Origin: Moniliella sp. 'wahieum'
Lineage: Eukaryota
NCBI GenBank assembly: GCA_003971905.1
Contig: RSEE01000006.1
Span: 558,001-622,000, forward strand
Reading direction: 5' to 3'
DNA: 64,000 nt
Positions within the stretch are counted from its first letter, which is position 1, and each line of letters begins with the position of its first letter. This document shows, in pieces, positions 15,602-27,497 of this stretch. The notes beneath the pieces were generated by a model. It had not been told where the DNA came from, made no database searches, and saw nothing but the letters and a program-made list of their open reading frames with translations. The position numbers were made by a program, and so were the translations under genes.

Positions 15602-17034
15602 ATGGGTTTCAAAGACCGCGTGTGTGCTGTCCACCCCCTGCCCTTTCCGCCATACTAACCCGCATCCCTCCAGTTCCTCCCCAAGCCCCCCGATGAGCCA
15701 TCGCTGCCGCCGGTGCGCTCGAACGGGTATGCGCCGCGGTACAACGTGCCCGCCAACCCTGGCGCCCGCAACCAGCCGCTTCCCGGGGAGCAACCCCCCA
15801 ATGCAAACCAGGACCCCAACGCTTACGACTCGCACAATCCCCCCAAGCCGGTGTGGAGCAAGATTGGTAATGGTTACGACCGCTTCCGCCAGCGCCGCGA
15901 TGCGGGCAAGATCCCGCCCGTTCAGCATGCGCAACCCGCCGCCAACGGCTATGACAACCAGGCTGGTTATGGCAACCCCGGCGGCTATGGCAACCAGGCT
16001 GGTTATGGCAACCCCGGTGGCTACGGCACCCAGGCTGGTTATGGTAACCCCGGCGGCTACGGCAACCAGGGTGGCTACGGCAGCCAAGATGGTTATGGCC
16101 AATCCAGTGGCGGGTATGCCTCACCATCCCCTCGGCCTGGCATGCCGGCCCCCAATGCGTATGGATCGCAACGGGGAGGGTACGGTTCTCAGCCCCAGGC
16201 GGCGACGACGGCGCAGCAGGAGCTTGAGGAGGAGTATGGTGCAACACCGGGCAATGCGCCTCACGTGATGAGTATGGAAACGAGGTGCAAGAGGTTGAGC
16301 GGACCGAGTCGGATGAAAGGTGGAGGCCGTGAAGCAACAAATGCGGTTCACCAAGCAAGAGACGCTGAGCTCTTCGCGGAATGCACTGCGTATGGCTCGC
16401 GAGGCTGAGGAAACAGCCATGAACAGCATGATGCGTCTGGGTGATCAAGCGAGAAGTTGGCCGACACGGAGCGTAACCTGGATTTGTCGAAGGCGTATGC
16501 TCACCGCGCCGACGACAATGCCCGTGAGATTGAGCGCTTGAATCGGTCTATCTTCCGCCCCAATATCGGCGTTAACAAAGCGTCTAAGCGCGCTGCCCAG
16601 GAGGCGAGAATCATCAACCCCACGTCGACGAGCGCGAGGAGCGTGAGCGACTCCGCGCCGAGGCTTATGGCGCTCAACGCCGTGTGGAGGATTCGTTAGG
16701 TGGGCCAGGGAGCAGCTCTCGCTTTGCAAGCTCGCGCTTTGCCTTTGGCCGTCACAAAGATGCCGACGCCAATGATCCACAGGCGACCAAGCTGGCCCAG
16801 AGGGCGCGTTACCAGTTTGAAGCAACTGCTTCCGACGATGAGTTGGAAGACGAGCTCGACGACAACTTGGGTCAGCTGGGTCAAATTGCGGGCAACCTGC
16901 ATCGCCTGGGCAAGGCGATGGGCACCGAGATTGATGACCAGAACCGTCGCATCGGTCGTCTGAGCGAAAAGACGACTGCTTTGGACACCAAAGTCTATGC
17001 GTCTACGATGCGCTTGGAGAGCCTGCACAAGTGA
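15602..17034 (+). CDS. SEC9: SNAP-25-like plasma-membrane t-SNARE with G/Y/N/Q-rich N-terminus
   Basis: Two SNARE motifs: EAVKQQMRFTKQETLSSSRNALRMAREAEETA and RYQFEATASDDELEDELDDNL...MGTEIDDQNRRI. Short exon 1 MGFKDR followed by intron 15620-15673. Confidence 0.92.
15945..16100 (+). repeat. Coding tandem repeat, 18-bp unit (GYGNQA/GYGNPG), about 8 copies
   Basis: ggctggttatggcaaccccggcggctatggcaaccaggctggttatggcaaccccggtggctacggcacccag... Confidence 0.9.
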
Positions 17035-17934
17035 TTTCGCCCAGCTTGTTCTGGTTCCAAGTTTGCCGGCTCTCATCCCAACCTTTTTTTCCACCTGCTC
17101 GACCTGCACTCACTTAAAGTATCCATCTTGATCCTGATCCTTGTGTCGTGCTTCTTCAGGACCCCCTATTGTTTTGCTCCCGGTTCTCGTTGTCTGTCCT
17201 TCCGTGAATGTTCTCGCCAGAGAGCTATAGTTGAGACCCAGAAAACGTTTATTACAGTTCCAGGTGTGGGATGGAAGACTTCCGACCGTCTGCGTCACTG
17301 TAATACGGAATTGTTTTCGGTGTTGAACGGACTCGAAATGCACACTCTTTTTGCGTGCTTGGGTGTTGGACCTTCGAAGTCAGTAGGATAGGTTCAGGAG
17401 TAAAGCAACACTCATCTCCAGCCAATACCAAGTCGTAGTACTATCCCTTTTGCTTCATCTTCCCACTGAGTATTAGCTTGACCTATATTCTGAAAGGATA
17501 AACGGATTTATGTTGCAAAGACACACATATGCTGTCCAATGGGAAACCCACTGGGAAGGATCCAGCCGTACCACCAACGCTCTACTGAAGTGGTAGCAGA
17601 CGACGTGTTCTGCCCCGCCACCGACATCCTCTGTTCTTTTCGAGGGCAAGGAACTTGGGCGGCGGACAATGGTAGCAGCATCAACGTTGAATTTCAATGT
17701 TCAACATTGCATTTGCTTGGCGCGCGGCGAGCAGCAGCAACGGCGAGCTGGAGCGGGGCGGAATGCGGCGACACTGCCCGCGTGCGGCGGTGTCGCAACA
17801 CGCGAGTTTTAGGTCAATCGAGCATCTACTCCAGGGCGCCACCCTCGCGCTTCCAGCTTCACCCCCCCCCGTTCGCTCACACCTCCAATCCTCCCAGCCA
17901 CCATCGCATCTACCCACCAGTCGCGTCGCCTGCC

Positions 17935-20900
17935 ATGCCGCCGCCGTCCTTGCCGTCGTCGCCACCGTCGCCGACACCCGCCGTCGTGGCTGGGCCGGCT
18001 TTGCAAGCTAGTCAGGCCCCGCCACAGCCATTGGCATCAGCCCCCACCACGACGCCAAGGTGCGCAAGCTGCGTGCCCACACCTCGTCTCCAACTCGCCT
18101 TTCAACAAGTACAAGCTTTCTCAAGTCGAGCACGACACATCACTTGCCTCGTCATCGCATCGACCTCCCTGGGCAGCCCCACCGCAGCCGATGCACTTCC
18201 CGTTCCAAGCCCATTATCGATGGTCAGATCGACATCGATCCGAGCGTATCCCGACGAGCAGGATTTGAGAACTTTCAGCAGTCAAGAGCACATATGTTGC
18301 GCCTCGCAAGTCGCAGAGCTACAAGAAACTGCAGACAGCGTCATATGTGTCCAGCTCGCCCTTCAAGTCCGACATGCCTGGAGTGCGGGGGCGCTGCCTT
18401 CCCACTCCGAGTTGCCCGAGCTATCTCCCCATTCCTCTGGAACGTCCAAGATCAGTGCTGCAGCTCAGACATTCACCCAGTCTCCATCGTTGGTCTCGCC
18501 CACTCGGTCCAAGCCCGCGCCGAGCCGTCTGGCCGGACTCGAGTTGCAGGATCGGAGCGGTCCGAGCCCGCATCGCCCTCCAGCCTCAGCCTGCATTCGT
18601 CCTTGCCCCCACTACAACTGGGGCCTCATCCACCCCGCCGTTTCTCTCATCGTGGAAGCAGCTGGCTCGGAGAGCCCATGGGTCGCCCACGCGGTCAACC
18701 CGTGCTAGCCGTCTGCCTGCACCGACCCAAATGGGTACCGACGTATTGGTACACCCCTCCCTCGCGCTCACGTACCCGCCTGCTCAACTTCGGCCTCGTC
18801 CGAGTCATCTCGCCTCACTAAATCAGATCTCCTGGTCTCGGACAGCACTCAAGCCACTACCCTCTCTCTTCTACCCGGCGACCGAGACAGACCAGGGCGG
18901 TCTCTGGAACCGGAGCAACACTCAGCGAATACCTCGGCCTTGGCAGATGAGATGGAACAGTTACAACTGCTCGGTTGATCCATCGAAGCTGCATCCCAAG
19001 AGCCCCTTGTCCCTAACCCTGCCAACTCTGCCCTGCCGCGGGATATGACGCTCACGGGTTGGGTCGCCTGGACGACCTGATGAACCAGGTGCTTCGGGAG
19101 GCCCATGTATCGCGGAAGAAGAGGAGCCGGATGAGTCGATGTTGAATGCTCCAGGTAGCCAAGCCCGCAATGGCGCTCGCAGTACCTCGAATTATTCCCA
19201 GTTGACAGACATGAGCGTTCAAGATCTTAAAGAACGTCATCCGGATCATCTTGTCATGAGCTCCTCTCCTCCACTACAACCATTGGAATGGATTAACCAC
19301 CAAGAACGACCCCTCCCTCCTTTGCCGCTCAATATGAGTTTCAGTCTGGACGCGACCCGGGACGCAGGGTCCGCCCGGGTGCCTGCTCCAAAGTGGAGGA
19401 CGCGCACCAGTACTCCACTGAGCCTGAGACGAGACTTGTGTCCTACTCCCTTTGCAGGAGGAAAAGGTGGACAGCGCAACATCATCTGACCCGTGGACAT
19501 GAACATGGCGCAAGAAGCTCTGTCGAGTGTACTCCGGACCGCTCTATGGAACCTGCCAATCCGCATCACTTGGTTACGACAGCCGACTTCCCCGCTGGTG
19601 CCGTTCAAACAGAAAATAAGAGGGAGATCGCTGCCATTCCCTTTGGGACGGAGCTCGGCCAAGAAGCTCCCCCGGCGACTCCTACCCAAGTATCAGACGA
19701 AGACGAGCGGAAGAAAGAAAGTTCTACTTCACCCCTCGATACCCCATCGCCGGATTCAGTTGAAGTTAAGGATAAGGCCCGCCCACGGCTCAGTGCTCGC
19801 CTTGGCGAACTCGACTTGGGATTGGGCTTTGGTTGGGACACTCCATCCTCCTTCCTTGCATCTCTAACCTAACCCAAGGCGATTGGCTTGGGGTCGGCTC
19901 CTCCCCATGGTCCCGGGGACTATCACGCCCGTCTTCTGCGTACGCCAGCTGAACAGGCAGATGAGATCATTACTCGGCGTCGGATGAAGAGGGGGATTGC
20001 CCCCAGGTCCCGGCGGAGCTTGTCGGTCGGAGCCATGCCTGAGATATCGCGTTCTCCCTCGCTATCGTCTCGTATCCCTGAAACGGAAGACGCAGCCCCG
20101 GTTGATCCTACGGAGGAGGCTGTTCTGCCCAGGGAGACACAAACCATGACTCCCGTACTCCAGGGTACCGATGGTAATTCAGAGGATGCGACTGCGGAGT
20201 TACCTCGCGACTCCGAGCCTACTAATGAGCCCGTCTTGCCCACTACTCTCCCTGCCGAACAAGACGATGGCCAAGGCTTTGGATCTGGCCTGCAGCGGGA
20301 GTTGAGCCGCATCGCTAAACAGGACCAACGTTACCGGCTGCACAAGCGCAAGACCATCAAGGTGGGCGACACCGACGACATGTTCTCTTCTCCCACCTCG
20401 GAAAAATATGATGATGATGAGAGCAGCCCGGCTTCTAAGAACAGAGGTTGGCGCAAGGCTCGCCGGAGCGATATGGTACGTCAATCGTTAGTGTACAATG
20501 ATATGGTACCAGGAACTGACCTGTGCTTTCCTCGTCTCATCTTTTGCAGAAGGAGTACGCTAACGAGCTAGTCGAGTACCGCAAACGCGAAGATCCCGTC
20601 AGGCAACTGGTAAAGTCTTTGTCCGCATTGAATCATTTACCCCCACTGCCTCGTTGCCCGTACCGTTGCAGCCCACTCGGTTTGATCTGTTCCTCAACAA
20701 TGGTCTCAACGAGGTGAAGGCCGCTGGTGGGGGGCGGCTGGTTGGGGCAGCCGAAAGCAGTGATTGGTCAAGAGTTCGAGTTGCTGCAGCACAAGGGGTT
20801 GCAGTTCAACTTGACTTACGGGTCGTCAAGGATGCTCACCTCCGGCCACAAACGATGCAAATCCCTGTTCCTTCCTGATCCCGTCTCCTGATCGTTCGGG

Positions 20901-22463
20901 ATCGTCGTTTGACCCTTCGATTCCCACTTCGCGCGCCCCTCCCATTTCGCCCAAGAAGGACAAACTTATTCCCGCCTCTTTGGCAGTCCCAAAAAGAACA
21001 AGCACGCCTCTTCTGCTTCTTTGGACCGTTCCACCTCTCCCAGTGTCGGCCGCAGTCCCAGTCCGAGTCCCAGGACGAGCCCCCCCGTTATGCGGACCAT
21101 TACTCGTCCCCCCGAGCCCATTTTAGCTTTCATCAACCGTGAGGGCGAGTTGGCTCGGGCTCATGTGGCCTTTGAGTACAGGCTGGCCTGATGCTAGGAA
21201 AGTGGCTACGATGGACCTGCCGCTGCTGGGCGTTTCAGACCCGCCACCATCTCTCTCGGCGTCCCATGGTCACCGGCGAGGGGTAGGCCTGATGGTGCCA
21301 ATATGGAGGCTGTGGAGAATCAAGAGTTTATCCAAAATTTGAGCCAACCTCGGGGAACGCTGCAGGTCAGCATGTTCTTTGTTCCCTCGGTTCCCGGATT
21401 GGGACCCTGGTACCAGCTCGCCTTTCAGAGTGTGTTGAAGGGATGGAGATGGCCAGATCCGAGACCACAACCAGGTGGGAAGGCATCTTGACCCAGTTGG
21501 GTGGCGACTGCGGCAAGACCTGGCGCCGCCGGTGGATCGAGCTGCGTGGAGGTACGCTGGTCTGCCGCAACGAGGTTACACGGAAAGAGGTTGCTCGCAT
21601 CTTCCTCTCTGCAGCTGAAGCATTGGAAGACACATCGGGCCCCCATTCTAAGCCCAACCCAAACTCCACTTCAGGTGAGGAAGACGAAGAAGACTTTTAT
21701 GAGGTGGAGCGCAGCTTCCGTCTTCGTCTGCGTGGTGGGGACACCCTGCGTTTCTTTGCAGACACCGATCAGGACAAGGCACGGTGGATGATGGAGCTGC
21801 AGACGGCGATGGGCCACAGTGCCACAGATCGCTCTGCTCCCGAATGGGCTGGCCATACGCTTGCTATTCAGAACAAGTACCAGCAAGGTTTGCTGTCCAT
21901 TTCCGACATCCTGCACCCACCTCGCCGTTCGAGTGGATTGGACATGAGCCCCAAAGGGAACTCTGATGCCCTCTCTTTTACTTCTTCCGCATCGCCCCAA
22001 TTGCCGCCAGTAGAGCCGCCTGAGACGAGGCGGCCATGGTTCCCACGCACCCTTCTCCCAAGCTTGCACATGACCCTTTGTTTGAGCGGTCGATCGACAC
22101 TGCCACGCCCGACCGGGAAATGAAGAGTCTAGCAAGCCCTCTTCCTTCACCCAAACTGCGCTCGAACCGTCGCCTAGTTGGGCTGCCTCAACTTCAAGGC
22201 GGATCCCCTGGCACCAGTCCACTCCCCTTCACCCCTACCCGCAGGGCGCGTCCAATGAGCATGGTCAATCCGGCCATGGCCTCCTCCCCCATGGTAGGAG
22301 CACCACACGTCGCTCAAAGCACTTTGGACCAGCCCAAATCCATCTTGCTTAATGGAAATGCAGCTCGGTCCGCATCCCCCCTCCTTCCACCAATCTTGCT
22401 CGTCCCCGACTTGGGCTTCTCGCTCGGCCTCGCCCCCACAGCTATGCTATCGACGGCCAGTAG
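17935..22463 (+). CDS. BUD4: Bud4/anillin-related septin-organising protein with C-terminal PH domain (heavily frameshifted)
   Basis: Long S/P-rich N-terminus and FGSGLQRELSRI. PH domain WEGILTQLGGDCGKTWRRRWIELRGGTL...VERSFRLRLRGGDTLRFFADTDQDKARW. Intron 20476-20549. Confidence 0.78.
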
Positions 22464-22818
22464 GCCGCTGCCTGATCACGTTTTTTCTTGTTTTTTGCTT
22501 TCTCTTTCATCTTACCCCCCTATAAGCTCCATTTGGTTTGTCTATGCCTGGCCTATCCTTGCCACATCCTTTATCCAATTTGTATGGCTTTCTTCGTGGC
22601 ATTCATTCCCTTAGCTTAGTGGATCGAGGTGTTAGGCAGGACGTAGGGTAAGCCAACCAGATGCTCACTCGTAAGACGGAATGAGCTAGCTGCTTGTCCG
22701 GAGGGACATGGTATTAGTCGGCAACAGCATACATCCAAAGGCACCGATGCGACAACGGACAGGTTCAAAGGAGAAGACCAGGAAAAGAGAGGAAAAATAA
22801 GACAAGGGAAGAAGGGGG

Positions 22819-24689
22819 TTAAGACCGCTTGGTGAGCAGCTCAGCCTTCTTGATCTGCTCAGCCGTTTCCGAATGAAGCCTCTTCTTGTAACCCTCAATG
22901 TCCATGTTCTCCTCCTTGGTGAGGTTGACGATCCGGCCATCGCGCACCTCCCAAATGTCCTTCGCCACCGCTTTGAGCAAGCGGAAGTCGTGCGAGACGA
23001 TCACCACCCACCCGAGAACTCATTGATGGCCTGGGCCAGCGCATCGATCGAAGTCATGTCCAAGTGGTTCGTCGGCTCGTCGAGTAGGATGATGTGGGGT
23101 GCCTCCATGGCCAATTGAGAGAACACCACCCGGTTGCGCAACCCGTCAGAGGGTGTGAATGGGCGAGGTTTGGTGGGAGCCCGTAAGCCCGAAGCGGCCG
23201 ATCTGGCCACGCCAGAACTGAAGTTCCTTGTTAGGGAATTTTTGGGAGTACTTGCTCTCCATGTATTCGAGCGGACTCTTGTCGTACGGCAATTGGTCGG
23301 CCGAGTGCTGAGAGTACTTGGCCAGCTTGATCGAAGGATGCCGGTTCACCGTCCCCTCCACAGGTGTCAGAGCACCAGTCATCAAATTGAGCAAGGTCGA
23401 CTTGCCGGTTCCGTTGGCTCCGACGATTGCCACGCGCGAGTCCATGTCGACGGCCAGCTCGAGGCCCTTATACAGATAGTCCTCTTTCTTTCCCGAGTAG
23501 GAGAAGGCGACGTCAGAAAAGGCAATGTTGGGAGGCGGCAGGCGCGCCACATCCTCAAAGTTGAATCGCAGTTTCTTCGGCTCTCGCACAGGTTGAACCA
23601 AGCCAGCAGCCTCCATCTTGTCGATGATCTTTTGTTTCGACTGGCCTGCTTGACCAAGTTGGCATAAGTACCGGCCGACGCAATGAAACGCTTGATCTTG
23701 GCAATTTCTTCTTGTGTTTGTAGTACGCTTCATCTGGTTCACCTCATTCTCCTTCTTCACTCGCACATATGTGGAGTAGTTACCACCATAGTAGACAAGT
23801 TTTTTGTCCATCGTCAAATCAATGATGTTGGTGCACACTTCGTCCATGAAGTCAGCCGAGTGAGACGTGAGGACGAGGATGTTGGGGTATTTGGCAAGGT
23901 AAGCCTCGAGCCACACCACACTACCCAGATCCAAGTGGTTCGTGGGCTCGTCGAGAAGAAGCATGTGAGGCTTGATGAACAGAGCACGGCAAGGGAGGGA
24001 CACACGCATACGCCAGCCACCAGATAAGTCCTTTGTCGGCTTCTTCATCGATTGTACGGTGAAGCCAAGACCATGGAGGATGGAGGAAGCCTTGGCCTCG
24101 AATGTGGAAGGGTCGAGAGCATCCAGCTCCTCGTACATCGACTCAATCAGCATTTCGTCCACATCGTCCGAAGCCGAAATGTCCTCGATCCGCTTCTCCA
24201 ACTTTCCACCTTTCCTTGGCATACGCGATACAGTACTCGAGGGCGTTCATCTCCGAAGGCTCCACCTCACCCTGTACAAGATGAATATCAATGTGCTCCG
24301 GAATCTCGACATCACGAGCGTTGATGGCCTCCAACAATGTCGTCTTGCCCGATCCATTCTCACCCAACAGGCCATAACGCTGGCCATAGTTGAGCGTATG
24401 GAGAGGTGCCGTCGAGGAGGAGGCGGCCGTGGAACGACATGGTAAAGTTGTCAATGTGCACATCGCGCGACTGCACGTCGGAGGTGAGCACACCGGAAGC
24501 ATTGCGGTCGGTAGCAAGAGCCAGCTTCTTCATCTGGTCGGCCGCATCCTCAGGCGAGGCGGCCGAGGTGGCATCGGTGCTCTTCGAGGCCTTGGAGGAC
24601 TTGGATTTGGACGTCTTGGACGAGCTGGCATCCTTAGGGGCCTTGGCAGCCTTTTCGGCCTGGCGCTTGGCCTTGGAAGCAGAGACCAT
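22819..24689 (-). CDS. ARB1: ABC-F ATPase (ABCF2/Arb1)
   Basis: [13 protein letters not shown] start. Two NBDs: [33 protein letters not shown]; then [37 protein letters not shown]. No TM segments. Confidence 0.93.
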
Positions 24690-25061
24690 GCTGGACAGGC
24701 GGCGGGGGAGGTTGGGGGGCTGGGCAAACGGGGGAGACGAGGCTGCCGACGGCTTCCTTCCGTCCGAATGGGGCCAGGAGGGGCTCGGGCGCGATGGGGG
24801 AGCACGCGGGCGAGGGGCGCGCCAGAGGCACAGGGGTGGGAGCTGTGCTACAAATTTTGTCGCCTGCGGACCTGCGCGGTTCTTCAGGCGGACTTGCGGG
24901 CGGGCGGGCGACGCATTGCACCGATCCACATTTTGTCGGTGGTGCGCCGTTCCACTGAACGCAACTGCCATTGAAACTGCCAATTTTTGGCCTGGCCACT
25001 TTTTGCTTTTTGCAGTGCCGCGCCAACTTCTCTCTGCGCGGTTGCAACACCACCTCCCTCG
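24690..25061. promoter_or_regulatory. Bidirectional promoter shared by ARB1 and RRP3
   Basis: 372 bp between divergent ATGs; contains the RRPE-like words AAATTTT (24852-24858) and AATTTTT (~24982). Confidence 0.55.
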
Positions 25062-26612
25062 ATGGCTTTCAAACCGCTCAAGCCTGCGCCCGTCCCGCAG
25101 CCAACAACCGCTTCGCGCGAGGGAACCCCTGAGGAGGACGAGTATCTTTCCCAGGAATCCGGACCTGAATCAGGCTCGGAAGCCGGCAAGGAGGCCCCGC
25201 CAGCAGCCCAGACGTTCCAGGAGCTTGGCGTGATCGAGCCCATCTGTGAGGCCTGCACTGCCCTGGGCTTTAAGGCGCCCACCCCCATCCAAGCCAAGGC
25301 TATCCCTGCTGCACTCCAGGGGAGTGATGTCATTGGTCTGGCTCAAACTGGCTCGGGTAAGACGGCTGCATTCGCCATCCCTGTTCTTCAAGCGTTGTGG
25401 AATGCCCCACAAGAACTCTTTGCCTGCGTTCTGGCACCTACTCGGTTCGTGTGCTCTCCCACCCTTCTTTGTGCAATACTGGTTATTAACCCTCATCCAT
25501 AGCGAGTTGGCCTACCAAATTGGCCAGCAGTTTGAAGCTCTTGGCTCACAGATCCAGGTCCGCACTGCCACCCTGGTTGGTGGCATGGACATGATGCAGC
25601 AGTCCATTGCCCTCTCCAAGAAACCCCATGTGGTCATTGCCACCCCTGGTCGCTTGCAAGACCATTTGGAGAACACAAAGGGGTTCAGTTTGCGGAAGCT
25701 CAAGTACCTCGTTCTCGACGAGGCGGACCGATTGCTGGATCTGGATTTTGGTCCCATCATCGACAAGCTCTTGTCCTCTCTTCCACGTGACCGGACGACG
25801 ATGATGTTCAGTGCAACCATGACGACTAAGGTTGCGCGCCTTCAGCGCGCAAGTCTGCACAAGCCTGTTCGGGTCGATATCAAAGGTGACCAACGCACAG
25901 CCGACAACCTCACTCAGTACTACCTTTTCATGCCCCATGAGCGCAAGGAAGTTTACCTCGTCTGGCTAGCTAATGAAAATGCGGCAGCTTCGACCATTGT
26001 GTTTACTCGAACCGTATCGGACGCACAACGGATCGCGACGTTGCTACGCATTCTGGGATTTGGTGCCATTCCGCTGCATGGGAGCATGCCCCAAGAAGCT
26101 CGCCTGGCCGCACTCCAGCGGTTCCGGGGGGGCAGCGCAGGTGCGTCGGGCGGACCTCGCATCTTGGTTGCAACGGATGTGGCCGCGCGCGGGCTGGACA
26201 TTCCCGCGGTGGACTGGTAGTTAACTATGACTTACCTGGCAACTCGAAGGACTACATTCACCGTGTCGGCCGTACTGCTCGTGCTGGCCGCGGGAAAGGC
26301 GGTGTCGCTGGTATCACAATACGATGTGGAGCTGCTGCAACGGATTGAGGCGGCGATTGGGGTCAAGTTGAGCCTCTACCCAGGGGGGAACGATACGGAT
26401 GCGATCCTTATGTTGGCCGAACGCGTTGCTGAGGCGGGTCGACGGGCCAAGCTGGACCTTAAGACCAGGCCATGACGGGTGGGAAGCACAAACGGAAGGC
26501 CAAGGAGTCCAAGTGGGACGCCATGGACCGGGACGAGGACTCGCGCGACGGGAAACCAGCGCGGGGCAAGGCGAAGCCAGCCAAGAAAAACAAAAAGATC
26601 CGCCAGTACTAA
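25062..26612 (+). CDS. RRP3: DEAD-box rRNA helicase (Rrp3/DDX47)
   Basis: Q motif [19 protein letters not shown] (split by intron 25445-25502), [25 protein letters not shown]. Family-typical [15 protein letters not shown] and C-terminal DAMDRDED. Confidence 0.92.
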
Positions 26613-26800
26613 TTTCAACACCACTTGTTGTACTCGCTTATCGGCTCTCGTGTGTGCTGCATAAGATGCGTAAGAGAGCAGATGGAGGGAGGACAGCAAA
26701 CTAAAGGGAGAATGCAGGAATGCAGCCAATGCTGAGACCCGGGGGATCCAGGAAGCAAAGCACCAGCGACGTATCAGAAACAGATGGCATAGGCACATAA

Positions 26801-26906
26801 GCACTCGTGATCAAGTGGTTAAGATGCAACTTTCCCATGTTCAATGGGGTTCCATCACGAGGAGCTAGCATAAGTTGTTGCCCGGGTTCGAATCCCGGCG
26901 AGTGCA
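26801..26906 (+). tRNA. tRNA-Gly(CCC) with 34-nt intron (26838-26871)
   Basis: Acceptor GCACTCG/CGAGTGC-A, D arm ATC..GAT, anticodon stem CAACT/AGTTG with TT-CCC-A, T arm CCGGG-TTCGAAT-CCCGG, oligo-T Pol III terminator directly after. Confidence 0.93.
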
Positions 26907-27497
26907 GTTTTTTTTCGCAGCGAGGGCGGCAATGCAGCACTGGGACGGCCTGGGCACGTGACCTGGACCCGCCTTGGACCATTCTTTCCCCGGCCCCCCC
27001 CCGCCATCCCAGCCACGCTGGACGGGGTGCTGCCGCAGAGGACGCTTGCCTGGAGGTAGCAGGCCAGTCACATCCACCGAGACTAGCCGAGTGGCGGATG
27101 CCAGGATCTAGGCACTTGCGCTGCGCCTGCTTGGACTGGCAGACACTGGCCCTGTACGGGAGAGCAGCCGGGCGTTGCTAACCGCGTTAACGCGTACGCG
27201 GATTGCGGCGATCCTACGGGGTCGATCATCCATCATCCATTCTGCCGCGGCAGCACCGAGCCAGTGTAGGCGGAGCGCGCATCTGCTGCACGCAGCACCG
27301 CAGGGCCACAGTGCTACAGTGCCGCCACCCCCCCCAGCAGGAGGCCACGAGCAAGCCCCCACTTTGCCTCTGCTTGGCACCACAACCACACCACCTCCAT
27401 CACCATCACCATCACCATCACCAACACCATCATCGCCCCCGCCACCCCTTCCTCCTTCCCTCCACACGCTCCTTACGCAGCTGACGCACAGCGTATC

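Noticed and set aside
19010..19020. CCCTAACCCT telomere or telomerase-template-like word
   Set aside because: A single short occurrence inside the Bud4-like coding region; no array.
27380..27440. Poly-His ORF (27203-27484) as a metal-binding peptide
   Set aside because: It derives from a (CACCAT)n microsatellite in the probable 5' leader; no other support for translation.
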